The notes under the pieces are model-generated. The model had not been told where the DNA came from and did not search any database. It was given only the letters and a program-made list of their open reading frames with translations. From Paragordius varius (Eukaryota > Animalia > Nematomorpha): a stretch of 64,000 nucleotides of DNA. Both the position numbers and the translations under genes were made by a program. Positions 62,325-64,000 of this stretch are shown here, piece by piece; within the stretch, counting starts at the first letter, position 1; every line of letters starts with the position of its first letter. The stretch lies in assembly GCA_964247055.1 (NCBI GenBank), contig OZ176057.1, forward strand, positions 1,426,001-1,490,000. Direction: 5' to 3'.

Positions 62325-62929
62325 GTAAATTTAATTAATATTAAACTACTAAGGAATAAAAAACAAAAAAATACGAATGTACAAAAAAAATAGATAATAT
62401 ACGGACAAAACATGAAAACATAAAATATTTTTTTCTAAAAGACTATACTTTTTCCGATTCTTTTAAATTATAACGCATTGTTTAAATTGCAAAGTATGAA
62501 ATAGAGATGTATATTGGTAACACAATAAATTTAATATTTTAAAGTGGTAAGTAAATTATAGGTAAAATTAAGGTTCAAAGTGTAGTCTTTTAAAAAAAAT
62601 ATTTATCTTTATATTTTTACGTTTTTAGTCCGTTTAATATCAGTTTTTACTGTAATAACTTTCTAAATAATTTAATTTTAAATTTACAATTTGGCATTCA
62701 TAAAAACATACTAATATAAAACAAACCACAATTTGAATACCTTGTTTCTGTAAAATTATATATTAAGAATACAATAACGAGAGGCTTTTATAGCCAATTC
62801 AGTATTATAAATGGCTATAAGGGTAAACAAGTTACATGTCTGTTATATGACATTTTTCATATTTATTGGTTCCAGTTTAAAATATTTTGCAGAAAAATAG
62901 AGCACCTGAATGATACTCCATGAGCTTTC

Positions 62930-63579
62930 GGAGGTTTGTGACCGGGCCATGACCAGGTCATTGACTATTTATTTTTTGACCATGGTCATTGAAATGATAG
63001 TAAAAAATTTTTGGAAGAGAGATAATAAGATTTTATTGTTTTTTAATATATTTTTTAAGAAATATAAATTATAAATTTAAATATGCGCTTATTAATAAAA
63101 AATTGTTAAACATCTCTTTATGAGATAGGCATTTAAGCATATCCAGTTATTTTGAAAAACAAAACATCAAGCACTTTGCGAAATATGCAATTACTCCATA
63201 TATGTAAATCAATAAAATGAAAAACATCCTATAATGGATATTTTAATGATGAAAGAAAAAGTAAATAAACAGGGTAAAATATTTGAAATATCAAGTATTA
63301 AAGGCTATGTATTTGAAGATTTAGAAGGCCACAAACATGTGGCAAAAAAACAATTTTTTGATATAAATATTTTTAATTAATAAATATCAAAAAAATGTAT
63401 AAACTTTTAAGAAAAAACAGACATTATTAGTGAAATCCATGTGTAATTCTAACCTTATTTTGACAATCCAATAACGCATGATATTTACTTAAGTAAAAAG
63501 TGGTCATGTTCGTGGTCATGACCATGGTCTGACTGGATCGACCGGACTTCATGAAAAAGCAGCCAAATGCACAACCCTA
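62930..63579. mobile_element. Probable hAT-type non-autonomous element
   Basis: Right end tgcacaacccta; GACCATGGTCA subterminal repeats at both ends; left terminus eroded. Confidence 0.4.
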
Positions 63580-64000
63580 GGTTTGACATCCCAGAGTGAT
63601 TTAAAATTTGTGCTTAAACAGTTATTAAGTTATTAATCTGAATTTAAAAATTGCTTTCTTTTGCCCCTTAGGCATTATAAAATTTTTTTTAAAAAATGTA
63701 AAATTCTAAAAGAATCATCTTATACATTTTCGCCGTCCTTTTTTTCTATTAATTTTATTTAAATCGCCAAAACAACAGGCAAATAAATGTATATTATGTT
63801 ATCAATTGTAAATAACTAATTTTTGTTTTCACATATTGCCAGCGAAAACCTGATATATTTATTGATTTTAAAATCAGCTATTTCGATCATGTTTTGGAAC
63901 TGTTCAAATTTTAAAATCTACAACTCTCAAACCTGTCAAAAATATAAGCTTTAATATATAATGCAGGAGAAATTTATTTGGATAATTAAATTATTGAAAT

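Overview
Very AT-rich eukaryotic (probably invertebrate) genomic DNA with GT-AG introns and many transposon relics; the species cannot be identified from sequence alone. Main contents: (1) 1-14135, minus strand: a gene missed by the ORF track, made of a signal-peptide exon followed by a chain of 24-54 nt phase-1 symmetric micro-exons encoding a Thr/Ser-rich mucin-like protein, running off the left edge. (2) Two decayed RTE-clade LINEs at 14.8-19.4 kb. (3) Two paralogous STE20/PAK-like kinase pseudogenes (20.6-27.8 kb and 55.6-59.5 kb), each interrupted in a coding exon by a different transposon. (4) Two related Ty3/gypsy (Mag-like) LTR retrotransposons: a near-intact one (22758-27288) flanked by a ~78-bp duplication that recreates a splice acceptor, and a decayed one (33756-37956) with a 5-bp TSD. 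(5) A 4.1-kb foldback element with ~2-kb inverted arms and no ORF (46992-51100). (6) Many hAT and Tc1-type MITEs and transposase remnants. (7) The first large coding exon of a secreted or surface leucine-rich-repeat protein (61265-62324). All coordinates and counts were derived by hand; no database searches were run.
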